64,000 bases of DNA from an uncultured Acidimicrobiia bacterium (GTDB lineage Bacteria > Actinomycetota > Acidimicrobiia > Spongiisociales > UBA11373): assembly GCA_963796115.1 (NCBI GenBank), contig CAWCKE010000007.1:100382-164381 (forward strand), given 5' to 3'. Positions 22,225-34,217 of this stretch are shown here, piece by piece (the first letter of the stretch is position 1; each line of letters begins with the position of its first letter). The position numbers were made by a program, and so were the translations under genes. The notes under the pieces were generated by a model that made no database searches, had not been told where the DNA came from, and saw only the letters and a program-made list of their open reading frames with translations.

Positions 22225-22761
22225 CGATTTGGGCGCTGTCTCGACCACGGACTCGGCGAAATTGCAGTGTGAGTAAAGATGCTCACTTCCTGCGACAGGA
22301 CGGAAAGACCCCGGGACCTTTACTACAGCTTGGCATTGGAGTCTGGTGTGGCATGTGTAGGATAGGTGGGAGACTTGGAAGCAGCGGCGCAAGCCGTTGT
22401 GGAGTCAACGTTGAAATACCACCCTTGGCATATCGGGCTTCTAACCTCGGTCCGTTATCCGGATCAGGGACGTTGCCTGGCGGGTAGTTTCACTGGGGTG
22501 GTGGCCTCCCAAACTGTAACGGAGGCGCCCAAAGGTTCCCTCAGTCTGGTTGGCAATCAGACGGCGAGTGTAAGGGCACAAGGGAGCTTGACTGCAAGAC
22601 CTACGAGTCGAGCAGATGCGAAAGCAGGGCCTAGTGATCCTACGGCGGCATGTGGAAGCGCCGTGGCTCATCGGCTAAAAGGTACCCCGGGGATAACAGG
22701 CTAATCTTGCCCAAGAGTCCATATCGACGGCAAGGGTTGGCACCTCGATGTCGGCCCGTCG

Positions 22762-22812
<51 letters not shown>

Positions 22813-22831
22813 CGGTACGCGAGCTGGGTTT

Positions 22832-22863
<32 letters not shown>

Positions 22864-23195
22864 TCGCAGGCGCAGGAGGTCTGAGGAGGCCTATCCCTAG
22901 TACGAGAGGACCGGGATGGACGTACCTCTGGTGTGCCAGTTGTCCTGCCAAGGGCATTGCTGGTTGGCTATGTACGGAACGGGTAAGCGCTGAAGGCATC
23001 TAAGTGCGAAACCGGCTCCAAGATGAGACCTCCCACCGTTCGCGGGTAAGGCCCCTGGTAGAACACCAGGTTGATAGGCCGGACGTGGAAGCGCAGCAAT
23101 GCGTTGAGCTGACCGGTACTAATCGGCCGAGGGCTTGAAGAATCCAAACGTGCGTGCTCGCTATGGAGTGCTCGGGGTGCCGAGCACGAAGGGTC

Positions 23196-23311
<116 letters not shown>

Positions 23312-23317
23312 TCTTCA

Positions 23318-23346
23318 GGAGGGGCCGCCATCTTGGCGGCCCCTCC
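23318..23346 (+). terminator. rRNA operon terminator-like hairpin
   Basis: Perfect 13-bp stem GGAGGGGCCGCCA/TGGCGGCCCCTCC right after 5S, no U-tract. Confidence 0.65.
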
Positions 23347-23448
23347 GGCGCGTCTGGGGTCGGGATTGGGCGTCGGGGGAACGGTCGCGCCGCGGCGGCC
23401 AGCCTCGGGCCCGGCGGGTGGGTGGGGCGTGGCCTGTACGATGAACCG

Positions 23449-24316
23449 GTGAGCCCCCGTCCCCCGCACTCCCACGGAGAGCCGGCCCGCGGCCGCCGGG
23501 CGGCAGGCGGGGGGCGCCAGACGCGTGGAGAGGCGCCGCACGGGCGCGGCTACGTGCCTCGGCAGAGGGGAGAGCCTCCGGCGCGCGGCGAGCGGATGCG
23601 GACGCCGTACGCCGGCGCCGCCCAGGGCGGGCGTCAGGAGGGAAGGATCTCCGGCCAGCCGGGCACGGGCGGGGCGACCGGGCCGGGCGGCCTGCCCAGG
23701 TGGGTTACCGAGGAGCTGGCGCGGGTGACCCCGCGCGTTCGGGTGGCCGAGGCGACGGCGCACCTGGAGCAGGCGGCCGTTGCCTTTGTCGCGGGGAGGT
23801 ACGGCAAGGCGCGCCACCACGCGGAAGAGGCCAAGGAGCTGTCGCCACGCCTGCCCACGATTCGCGAGATCCTGGGACTGGCCGCCTACCGTTCGGGGCA
23901 GTGGGAGCAGGCGCTCGCCGAGCTGCGCACCTATCGGCGGCTGTCCGGCGACACGACTCACCTGCCGGTGGAGATGGACGTGCTGCGGGCGCTCGAGCGC
24001 GACGCCGACGTGGAGACGGCCTACGCCCTGCTGCGCCGGCTCGGCGGCAGCCGGCGCGAGCCTGGACGAGGGGCGGGTGGTGTATGCCTCCTTCCTCCTG
24101 GACCACGATCGGGCGCGGGAGGCATGGGAGCTGACCCGCCCGGCGAGCCTGGGGGCCGATCCGAGTGAAGGCGAGCTGCGGGTGTGGTACGTCGCGTGCC
24201 GGGCGGCAGTCCGGCTGGGGGAGCGGACGATCGGCCGGCACCTCTACCAGGCGATCCAGGAGGCCGACCCCGGGTTCCCGGGGCTCGACGAGCTCGACGC
24301 GGCCCTGAGCAGCTGA
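23449..24316 (+). CDS. TPR-repeat protein (frameshift near 24055)
   Basis: IREILGLAAYRSGQWEQALAELRTYRRLSG motif, typical of the actinobacterial gene found downstream of rrn. Confidence 0.75.
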
Positions 24317-24324
24317 GGGCCCCT

Positions 24325-25249
24325 TCAGCCGGCAGGGGCCCGGCGGTCCAGCCAGCGACGAATGCCGGCCGGCTGCATGGACCAGAACGTGTGGTTCTCG
24401 TAGTGGGCCACATCGGCCTGGGCCATTCCCCGGGCGCGATGCCCGGCGAGGACCCAGCGGCGGAACGCTTCGGTCGTGCCCTCGCCGACGGAGTGCTCCT
24501 CCATCCAGGCGACCCATTCCCACAACCGCTCCTCGGCCTCGGCCAGGGCGGCGGGCGGGTCGGCGTGGAGCCCGTAGTGGGCGAAGCCGAGGAAGGCCGG
24601 CCGGCGAGCGGCGATGCGGTGCAGCTGCTCGGTGATCAGGTGCGGGTCGAAGTCGGGGGGCGGGGTGTTGGGCTGGACCGCGTGGCCGTGCGGGAAGCAG
24701 ATCCCCTACCTCGTCCCCGACCAGGCACGCGCCGCTCTCGGCTTCGAAGTAGACGAGGTGGTGCCGGGCGTGGCCCGGCGTGTACATCACCTCCAGGGAC
24801 CGGCCGTTCCCCAGCGGGATGCGGTCGCCCTCGTCGAGCACCAGGAGGCGGCCGGGGTCGATCGGCTCCATGGGGCCCCAGGCGTTCCCCAGGGGCTCGT
24901 TGGCGAAGGCCTGGGTGGCCGAGGCGACCAGGCGGGCCGGGTCCACGAGGTGGGGGGCACCGAGCCGGTGGACGGCCACGCGGGCCTTCGGGAAGCGGGC
25001 GGCGAAGTGGCCGGCGCCCCCGGCGTGGTCGAGGTGGATGTGGGTCACCGCCAGGGTGCCGGCGTCGTCGATGCCCAGATAGTCGAGGGCGGCGAAGAGG
25101 TGGTCGATCGTCCGGGACGGCCCGCACTCGATGAGGACGCGCTCGGGGGTGTCGAAGAGGTAACAGGCGAGGTTCTCGGGCGCCCCGTGCATGAAGGCGT
25201 CGATGAGGTACAGGTCGTGGCCGAGAGGGGTCACCGAGACGTCGGGCAT
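24325..25249 (-). CDS. MBL-fold metallo-hydrolase (frameshift near 24705)
   Basis: THIHLDHAGG, TPGHARHH, GD, FAHYG metal ligands. Confidence 0.88.
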
Positions 25250-25371
25250 GGGTCGAGGTTACCTGCCCGTCCGGGGCAACCTCCTGAAGCCGGGCGCGGG
25301 AGGCCGGCGCGGAATCCGTCGCTGCCGGGGGATACGTTGCCGCCATCCCCCCTTCCCCGGAAAGGTGCCCC

Positions 25372-25686
25372 ATGGACCTCAACCTGGTGGTGCTCTGCGG
25401 CCGGCTGGCGGCTCCCGCCGAGGTGCGCACCTTCGAGAATGGCAGCCGCCTCGCCCGCTACCTGGTCACGGTGCGCTCCGAAGAGCCCCGGCGCGTGGAC
25501 GTGCTGCCGGTGACGCTCTGGGATCCTCCCGACGTTCTGGTCGAAGCCGAGCCCGCCCCCGGTCACGCGGTGTGGGTGGCAGGGTCGGTGCAGCGCCGCT
25601 TCTGGAGCGGGGCCGAGGGCCGGCGCAGCCGCCTGGAGGTGGTCGCCGAGCAGGTCTGTCTGCGGCCACCACCGGCGGAGGAGTGA
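25372..25686 (+). CDS. Single-stranded DNA-binding (OB-fold) protein, short paralogue
   Basis: NLVVLCGRLA..E.R, VWVAGSV.RRFW, SRLEVVAE. Confidence 0.8.
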   Translation: MDLNLVVLCGRLAAPAEVRTFENGSRLARYLVTVRSEEPRRVDVLPVTLWDPPDVLVEAEPAPGHAVWVAGSVQRRFWSGAEGRRSRLEVVAEQVCLRPPPAEE

Positions 25687-25704
25687 CCCGGCGGGGCTGT
25701 GCCC

Positions 25705-26572
25705 TCAGGACGCCGGGTCCACCAGGCCCCAGCGGCGGCGGATGGCCCGGTCGAGATTGCCGAAGACGAGGGCGTCTACCGCGATGCCGATGAACAGGAT
25801 CACCAGCATGGTGGCCATCAGCCATTCGGCGTCGGCCAGCTCGCGGGCCGTCTGCAGCTGTTCGCCGATGGAGTGCTTGTTGGCGATGATCACCAGCAGT
25901 TCCCCGGCCATCAGGCTGCGCCAGGCGAAGGCCCAGCCCTGCTTGAGGCCGGCGACGAAGGAGGGGAGCGAGGCGGGCAGGATCACGTGCCGGAACAGGG
26001 AGAGGTCGCGTGCTCCCAGCACCCGGCCTGCCCTCAGCATCAGCGGGGGGATGTGGTCGGTGCCGGCGATGAGCCCGTTGGCGATGGCCGGGGCCGCCCC
26101 CAGCACCATGACGAACATGATCGCCGCTTCCGATCGCTTGAAGAACAGGATGGCCAGGGGGAACCAGGCGATCGAGGGCATGGTCTGCAGCCCGCTGATC
26201 ATCGAGCCGACCCCGCTGCGCATGATCTTGCTTCGGGTCACCAGGCTGCCGAGCACCACGCCTACGAGCAGGGCGAGGCCGAAGCCCATGAAGGCGCGGC
26301 GCATGGTGATGCCCACCGCGCCGATGAGCTTGCCGTCGTAGAGCCGGTCCCAGAGCTCACGGAAGACCGCGAGGGGCCCGGGGAGCACGTAGTCCGGGCG
26401 CCAGCCCGACCAGACCACTAGCTGCCACAGGCCCAGGGCCAGCACGGTGGCGAGCACCTTGGGCCACGCGCCGGCCCACAGGCGGGCGGCCCGGCTGGCC
26501 CGCGGGGCGACGGGCATCTCGAGGGCATCGAGGCCGGTGACCTCTTCGGCAAGGGTCCTCACGCGTGGCCAT
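25705..26572 (-). CDS. ABC transporter permease, nitrate/sulfonate (SsuC/TauC-like; frameshift near the start)
   Basis: GLQTMPSIAWFP, EAA-like ARVLGA...VILPASLP, AWRSLMAGE. Confidence 0.9.
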
Positions 26573-27353
26573 GGCGGCGCACCTCCACGCTCAGCTGATC
26601 GGTGATCTCCCCGGCCAGTGCGGAGACCGCGGGTGTCTCGATACGGCGCGGGCGGGGGATGTGGACATCGAAGGAGGCGGCCACCCGGCCCGGGCGGGAG
26701 GTGAGCACCAGCACCCGGTCGGCCAGGCGGACGGCCTCGCGCACGTTGTGGGTGACGAAGAGCACGGTGAAGCGCCGGTCGGTCCACAGCCGTTCCAGTT
26801 CGGCGTGGAGCAGGTCGCGGGTCATGGCGTCCAGCGAGCCGAAGGGCTCGTCCATGAGCAGCACGTCGGCGTCCTGGCCGAGGGCGCGGGCCAGGGCGAC
26901 GCGCTGGCGCATGCCGCCCGAGAGCTCGTGCGGCCGCCGGGCTCCGAGGCCCTCGAGGTGGACCATCTCCAGCAAGGAGCCCACCAGGGGCCGACGCTCG
27001 CGGCGCGGCACCCCGCGCAGTTGGAGGGCCAGAGAGACGTTGCCGCCCACGGTGAGCCAGGGGAACAGCGCCGCCTCCTGGAACATGAGGGCGGTGCGGC
27101 CCTCGACGTGGACCGTGCCGGAGGTGGGGGAGTCCAGCCCGGCGAGCAGATGGAGGAGGGTGCTCTTGCCGCATCCCGATGCCCCGACCAGGCAGACGAA
27201 CTCGCCCTGCCTCAGGTCGAGGCTGATGCGGTCCAGGGCGTGCACGGCCGCGGGGCCATGGCCGAAGACCTTGCTCACCCCGTCGACTTGCAGGACCGGG
27301 GGTGCCGTCCCGGACGGGACGGCACCGTTTCGGGTCGAGGAGACCGAGGTCAC
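26559..27353 (-). CDS. ABC transporter ATP-binding protein (SsuB/TauB-like)
   Basis: GASGCGKS, LSGGMRQR, LLMDEPF, VTH. Confidence 0.95.
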   Translation of the reverse strand: MTSVSSTRNGAVPSGTAPPVLQVDGVSKVFGHGPAAVHALDRISLDLRQGEFVCLVGASGCGKSTLLHLLAGLDSPTSGTVHVEGRTALMFQEAALFPWLTVGGNVSLALQLRGVPRRERRPLVGSLLEMVHLEGLGARRPHELSGGMRQRVALARALGQDADVLLMDEPFGSLDAMTRDLLHAELERLWTDRRFTVLFVTHNVREAVRLADRVLVLTSRPGRVAASFDVHIPRPRRIETPAVSALAGEITDQLSVEVRRHGHA

Positions 27354-28386
27354 AGGCCCGCCACCGCGGCCTCACCTGCCTCGGCGAGCAGGCGGTTGAG
27401 GATCTCGAGGGCGTAGATGCCGCTGAGGTCCACGGGGTCGAGCAGATCGACTTCCACGGCGTCGTCGGCCGACTCCTGCAGAGAGGATGCGATGGGGTCC
27501 CAGGTGAAGGTGAGGTTCTCCCAGGCGCCGGCGATCACCTGGTCGGGCAGGCGAGCGCCGGTGATGGCCTCGATGGCGTCGTTGGTGACGGTCTGTGCCT
27601 CTGCGGGGTTCTCGTTGACGAAGCGCAGCGCCTCGAGGTACCCCTCGAGCAGGTGCTCCGATCAGGGTGGGGTTCTGCTCGAGGAACTCGGTGCGCACGA
27701 TCAGGTGAGTGGTCACGTAGAGGCCGTCGGGCCACAGGTCGCGTTCGTCGATGAGGATCGTCCCGCCGCCCTCTTGGATGAGCCGGGTGGCCCAGGGCTC
27801 GGGCACCCAGGCGCCATCGATGTCCCCGGCCTGGAACGCCCGCAGGGTGTCGGCGTTCGACTGCGGGACGATCGACACATCCCCGCCGCCGGCGGTGTCG
27901 GCGGAGAGACCCTGTTCGATCAGCCAGGCGCGCAGCGCCACGTCCTGGGTGTTGCCCAGCTGCGGGGTGGCGAGGGTGGTGCCGGCGAGATCCTCGACCG
28001 ACTCGATGCCCGGCCGAACGACCAAGAAGGCGCCGCCCGACGTGGAGCCGGCGATGATGCGGATGGCCTCGCCGTCGGACTGCGCGTAGCGCGTTGATGG
28101 CCGGGTTGGGGCCGATGAAGGTCGCGTCGAGCGCCTCTCCAAAGAGCGACTCGACGGCTTCGGGGCCGGCGTTGAAGTAGGAGAGCTCGAGTTCGACGTC
28201 GGACCCGAGTGCCTCGGCGAAGAACCCCTCCTGGATCCCGACCAGGGCGGGCGCATGAGTCACGTTCGGGAAGCACCCCAGCCGCAGGGTGGTGGCCTCC
28301 CCAGCGGTCTCGTCGCCGCCGCAGGCAGCGGCCAAGGCGGCGAGGAGAGCGAGGAGAGCGAGGGGGCGGCGCAGCGAGCGAGTCAT
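27350..28386 (-). CDS. ABC transporter substrate-binding lipoprotein (SsuA-like; several frameshifts)
   Basis: Lipobox LAAAC, FPNVTHAPA, GPNPAIN, TPQLGNTQD, PEPW. Confidence 0.88.
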
Positions 28387-28590
28387 CTCTGTTGGCACCT
28401 CCTGATGGGCTTGTGATCTAAGTTGATCATATCAGTCCACTTTGACGGCGCGGAGACTAGATCGGCCGGGCAAGCGCTCCAGGGCCGCTTCCTGAAGAGG
28501 CCTCTCAGCGACCACCGTCCGCCACCCGGCCGACTGCCGGAACGGGCTGAATCCGGAGGAGGCCAGACGCGGGGGCGGTACTCTGGCGGG

Positions 28591-29151
28591 GTGCTCATCG
28601 GGCCGACCGAGTTCCTGCGCATCGCCGTCGATCCCATCCGGCTGGCCATCCTCGGGCGGGCCGCAGTAGGGCCGGTGGACGGCGACGCGCTGGCCGCCGA
28701 GCTGGGGGAGGACCGCCGCAAGGTGCGGCGGGAGGTGGGGCGCCTGGTGGAGACCGGTCTGCTCACCCGCGACTTCCGGCTCGACCGGGCGGCCCTGCGG
28801 GCGGTGGCCCAGGCCTTCCCTCAGGCGGCACCCGCCGACCCGGCTCTGCTCAGTGGGCCGTGGACAGAGGACGAGGCCCGCCAGCTCGCTCAGTGGTTCT
28901 CCGGGTCCCGCCTGACCGAGATCCCGGTCAACCGCGCCAAGCGCCGCCTGGTGCTCGAGCGCCTGGCGCAGGAGTTCGAGCCGGGCTTGCGCTACGACGA
29001 GCGCACCGTGAACGCCGTCCTGCAGCTGTTCCACGCCGACCACGCCACCCTTCGGCGGTACCTGGTGGACGAGGGCCTCCTCACCCGCGCTGAGGGCGTC
29101 TACTGGCGAACCGGGGGCCGGGTGGGGCCGCCGGCGGGCTCCTACGAGTGA
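28591..29151 (+). CDS. DUF2087-domain protein with N-terminal winged helix
   Basis: FEPGLRYDERTVN...DHATLRRYLVDEGLL..YWR; leaderless GTG after TACTCT. Confidence 0.8.
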   Translation: MLIGPTEFLRIAVDPIRLAILGRAAVGPVDGDALAAELGEDRRKVRREVGRLVETGLLTRDFRLDRAALRAVAQAFPQAAPADPALLSGPWTEDEARQLAQWFSGSRLTEIPVNRAKRRLVLERLAQEFEPGLRYDERTVNAVLQLFHADHATLRRYLVDEGLLTRAEGVYWRTGGRVGPPAGSYE

Positions 29152-29203
29152 ACAGGCCGTGCGCGCCCGGGTCGAGGCACGGGCGTGGCAGACTCCGTCG
29201 GCA

Positions 29204-30650
29204 ATGAGCACGTCATCGGTCCCGGCCTGGGTCACGGACGCCGTCTTCTATCAGATCTTCCCCGATCGCTTCGCTCGTTCGGACAAGGTGCCGAAGCTGC
29301 CGCACCTGCAGCCGTGGGACGCCCCGCCCACCCGGCACGGCTACAAGGGAGGGGACCTGCTGGGCGTGGTGGAGCACCTCGACTGGCTGGCCGACCTGGG
29401 GGTCGAACGCCCTGTACCTCAATCCGATCTTCCAGTCGGCCTCCAACCACCGCTACCACACCTACGACTACTACCGGGTCGACCCCATGCTGGGCGGCAA
29501 CCCGGCCTTCGACGCGCTCATCGCCGCCGCTCACGAGCGGGGTATGCGGGTGGTGCTCGACGGGGTCTTCAACCACACCGGGCGCGGGCTTCTTTCCCGT
29601 TCCACGACGTGCTCGAGAACGGGGCCGATTCGCCCTATGTGGACTGGTTCACCGTCTACGGCACGCCGGTCAACGGCTACGACCTGAGCCGGCCGCCGGG
29701 CTACGAGGCCTGGTGGCAGCTGCACGCCCTGCCCAAGCTGAACACCGCCAACCCGGTGGTGCGCGAGTACCTCATGGGGGTGGGGGAGCACTGGATCCGG
29801 CGCGGGGCCGACGGCTGGCGGCTGGACGTGCCCGAGGAGATCGCCACCCCCGGCTTCTGGGAGGAGTTCCGGTCCCGGGTGCGGGCGGTGAACCCCGACG
29901 CCTATCTGTTGGGCGAGGTCTGGCACCCCGCCCCGCAGTGGACTGCCTCCGGGGATCGCTTCGACGGGGTGATGAACTATGTGCTCACCGAGGCGGTGCT
30001 GCGATTCGCCGCCGGTCCCCGCATCGACCCGGAGGTGGTGGCGCCGGTCAATCTGACACTGCAGCCGCCGCTCGACGCGCCGGGGTACCGGGACGCGATC
30101 GATCGGCTGCTCGCCGCTTACCCGGAGGAGTCCCATCGGGCGAACCTGAACCTGCTCGGTTCCCACGACACCGCCCGTGTCCTGAGCATGGTCGGGGAGG
30201 ACGCCGACTCGGTGATCCTGGCGGCGACTCTGCTCTTCACCTTCCCGGGCGCGCCCTGCATCTTCTACGGGGACGAGATCGGCCTCACCGGGCACCAGGA
30301 CCCGGGGACGCGGGTGGCCTTCCCTTGGGACCGTCCGGAGTCCTGGAATCGGCGGCTGCTCGAGGCCTTCCGCGGCCTGGTCTCTCTGCGCCGGGCGCCA
30401 CGCCGCGCTTCGCCGAGGCGCCTATCGGCACCTCGCGGCCAACGGCGCCTCCTATGCGTTCAGCCGGGCCCTGGAAGGCGAGGAACTGGTGACGGTGGTG
30501 AACGCTGGCCACGAGCCGGCGACCATTGAGGTCCCGTTGGCGGCCGGGGGCACCGAGCGGGTGTGGGGGGAGGGGGACGCCCGGATGGAGGGGGCGGCCT
30601 GGAGGGTCGAGCTCCCGCCGCGCTCGGCGGGCGTGTGGGTGGTTGGCTGA
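29204..30650 (+). CDS. GH13 alpha-amylase family (neopullulanase/cyclomaltodextrinase-like; several frameshifts)
   Basis: [42 protein letters not shown]. Confidence 0.9.
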
Positions 30651-30801
30651 GGCTCGACTCGCACTCGAGGTCGGGCCGGGCCGGGCCTCCAGCAAAGATG
30701 GAGAGTTGAGGGGGAAGTCTCGTGTCTCGCTCGAGCCTCCCGGCGGTGCTCGTTGCCGCCGGGCTCCCGGTACGCTGTCGGCCCCACCAGCGGAGGAAGC
30801 C

Positions 30802-31203
30802 ATGACCCAGGGCACACCGGCGAGCGAAGGGGAGTGGAAGGCCAAGCTCACCCCCGAGCAGTACGACGTGCTGCGCTGCAGCGCTACCGAGGCGCCCTTC
30901 ACGGGCGCGTACTGGGACACCAAGGACACGGGGAGCTACCGCTGTGCAGGTTGCGGCGCGGTGCTGTTCCGCTCCGAGGCCAAATACGACTCGGGCACGG
31001 GCTGGCCGTCCTTCTGGGAGGTCGTGGACCCGGCGCGGGTGACCACCCACGAAGACCGGTCCCTGGGCAGGGTGCGGACCGAGATCCGCTGCGCGTCCTG
31101 CGGCGGCCACCTCGGCCACGTGTTCCCCGATGGACCGGCCCCGACCGGCCTGCGCTACTGCCTGAACTCCGCCGCGCTCGACCTGGAGCGCGACGCCGGG
31201 TAG
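30802..31203 (+). CDS. msrB: Peptide-methionine (R)-S-oxide reductase
   Basis: TE.PFTG, KYDSGTGWPSF, HLGHVFPDGP..TGLRYCLNS, two CxxC. Confidence 0.96.
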   Translation: MTQGTPASEGEWKAKLTPEQYDVLRCSATEAPFTGAYWDTKDTGSYRCAGCGAVLFRSEAKYDSGTGWPSFWEVVDPARVTTHEDRSLGRVRTEIRCASCGGHLGHVFPDGPAPTGLRYCLNSAALDLERDAG

Positions 31204-31305
31204 CGCGTCGGCCGCGCCGGGAGGCGGCCGCCTCAACCCGGGGGTCGGTGTGGCATCATCGGGGCGGTGCGCCGCCGTCGGCGGCGCCGACCCGAGGAGG
31301 ACCAG

Positions 31306-31846
31306 GTGGTGGTGACGGCCCAGCCGGGCGCGGAGGCCCAGCTCGGGGCGGAGCCTCGTGTGCTGCGGCTACGGGTCAACGGCCGCGTGCACGACCTGGT
31401 CGAGGGGCGGGACTTCGACAACTGGATGACGCTGGGCTACTTGCTGCGCGAGCACTTCGGGCTCACCGGCCTGAAGCTGGCCTGCGCCGAGGGGGCCTGC
31501 GGGGCCTGCACGGTGATCATGGACGGCAAGGCGGTGCTTTCCTGCCTGCTGCTGGCCGTGGAGTGCGCGGGCCGGGACATCATCACCATCGAGGGCCTGC
31601 CGGCCGACGACCGGGTAGTCGCCGCGTTCGCCGAGCAGTGCGAGCCGGGCTACGGGACCGCGCTGCAGTGCGGGTACTGCACCCCCGGATTCGTGATGAC
31701 CGCTCGGGCGCTGCTGGACCACAACCCCGCACCCGAGCCACGACGAGGTGCGTGAGGCTCTCGGGGGGAACATCTGCCGCTGCGGGTGCTACGCCGGGAT
31801 CGCCCGAGCGGTGCTGCACGCCGCCGAACCGGGGGAGGGGCGGTGA
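31306..31846 (+). CDS. Xanthine dehydrogenase-family 2x[2Fe-2S] subunit (frameshift near 31740)
   Basis: CAEGACGACT..SC, QCGYCTPG, GNICRCG. Confidence 0.92.
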
Positions 31847-34209
31847 GGCAGGCCGTTCACCCCGCGGCAGCCGCGCCGCTTCGTCGGCGGCTACCGGCCG
31901 CGGATCGACGGGTGGGAGAAGGCGACGGGCCGGGCGCTCTACGCCGACGACGTCACCACCCGGGTGCGCTTCCCCGACCTGCTGCACGCCCGGGTGCTGC
32001 GCAGCCCCTTCCCGCATGCCCGCATCCGCGGCCTCGACCTGAGCGCGGCCTGGGCCCTGCCGGGGGTGGTGGACATCCTCACCTATGCCGACCCCGAGGT
32101 CGCCCGCCTCCGCCCGACCAGCGCCGGGTGGACCGACGGGGTGGACACCGTCTCCTACGACCGCATGATGTGGCACAGCTTCCGGGACCGCCGGGTGCTC
32201 GACGACCACGTCCGCTGGGTGGGGGACGAGGCCGGGGTGGTGGTGGCGGCGGAGACCGAGTCGGTCGCGGAGGAGGCCCTGCGCCTCATCCGGGTGGACT
32301 GGGAGATCCTTCCGTTCGTGCTCGACGTGGAGGCGGCCCGGCAGCCCGGCGCGCCGGCGGTGCACCCGGAGATCGCCCCGGGGAACGTCCTGCCTGCCGA
32401 CCCGGTGGGCGGGGGCGACGTGTTCCTCGACAAGGGCGACGCCCTGGGCGCGCTGGCCGCGGCCGAGGTCGTGGTGGAGGGGACCTCGGTCTACCACAAC
32501 GCCAACCAGGGAACCCTGGAGAACTGGTGCTGCCTGGCCCGGTGGGAGGGCGGCGTCCTGACCATCTGGTCGAACTCCTACGAGGCCGACCAGACCCGGA
32601 TGCACGTCAGCCAGATGCTGGAGATCCCGCTGTCGCGGGTGCGGGTGATCTCGCACTACGTGGGCGGGCAGTTCGGCCGCAACGACACCGGCGACCAGCC
32701 CTTCTTCCTGTTCACCGCGCTGCTGGCCAAGCGCACCGGCCGCCCGGTGAAGTTCCGCCACAGCCGGCGCGAGGGCTTCCACGACTCCCGCCAGCCGATC
32801 ACCTACCAGGGCCGGGTGGGGGCCCGGCGCGACGGGACGATCACCGCGCTCTCGCTGCGGGCGATCGGGCAACGTCGGGGCCTACGCCGACCACTCGGTG
32901 TTCGCCCTGAAGTACGCCCCGGCCGAGGTGGCCGAGGTGTGCTTCGCCCACATCCCCAACCTGCGGATGGAGGCCTACGGGGTGTACACCAACGTGCTCC
33001 CCGGCTGCATGATGCGCGGCGTGGGCAACTCCCAGCTCAACCTGATCCTGGGTCACCTGGTGGACTTGCTGGCGGAGAGGCTGGGCATGGACCCGGTGGA
33101 GCTGGTCCGGCGCAACTTCGGGCACCACTGGGAGGAACTGCCCGACCGGAGCCTGGCGGCGGTGCTGGCGGAGGGGGCGCGGCGCATCGGCTGGGCGGAG
33201 AGGCGTCACGCTCCGGGGAAGGGCCCGGCCGAGGACGGCAAGCGGCGGGGGTTGGGCTTCTCCTTCCACCCCGGCTGGCACGCCGAGTGGCAGGAGCTGC
33301 GGCGCGGCGAGATCCAGGTGGGCATGCGCCTCAACCCCGACGGCACGGTGCTGCTCGATGCCCCCACCGTCGAGACCGGCACGGGCTCCAACACCTGCAA
33401 CGTGCTCGGCTGCGCCGAGGCGCTGGGCTTCCTCGGGGTGCGCCCCGAGGACATCACCTGGGTCCAGGTGGTGGACACCGAGCGCGGCCTCAAGGACACC
33501 GTGCAGACCGACAGCTCGGTCTCCTTCCTCCAGTCGGAGGCCCTGGTGGAGGCGGCGGGGCAGCTGAAGGCCAAGCTGCTCGGCGATCGCCGCCGCCCAG
33601 CTGCAGGTCGCCGGCCGAGGAGCTGGACATCGCGACGGGGCTGATCATCCCGTCGGGGCTCCGGCGAGCCCGGGGGTGGACTTCCGCCGGGTGCTGTGGC
33701 AGGCGCGACCTGGTGCCGATCTCGGTGACGGTCAGCCGCCCGCCGGCCGGTGAGCAGACCGGGGTGCCCTACCAGGCGGCCTTCGCCGAGGTGGAGGTGG
33801 ACACCGGCCACCGGCCGGGTGGAGGTGCTGCGGCTGGTGGTGGTCAACGACTGCGGCACGGTGATGTACGCCTCGGGCGCCGAGGCCCAGCAGATCGGCG
33901 GGCCAGTGCACCGGGGTGGGGGAGAGCCTGACCGAGGAGATCGTCTACGACCGGGCGACCGGCGTGCCGCTCAACTTCAACTGGATCGACTACCGCATCC
34001 CCACCATGGCCGACATGCCGGACATCGAGCCGGTGCTGCTCGAGGTGTGGCGGGGGGCGGGGGAGTACGGGGCCTGCGGGATCGGCGAGGGGGTGCTCAC
34101 CTGCACCCCGCGGGCCATCCTCAACGCCATCTACAACGCCATCGGGGTGCGCATCGACGAGATCCCGGTCACGCCGCAGAAGGTGCTGGCCGCTCTGGGG
34201 AAGGCCTGA
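31843..34209 (+). CDS. Xanthine dehydrogenase-family molybdopterin-binding subunit (several frameshifts)
   Basis: KATGRALYADD, LRSPFPHARI, YVGGQFG, MRGVG, FAEVEVD, DY.IPT..D.P, GIGE catalytic Glu. Confidence 0.9.
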
Positions 34210-34217
34210 GGCCCATC

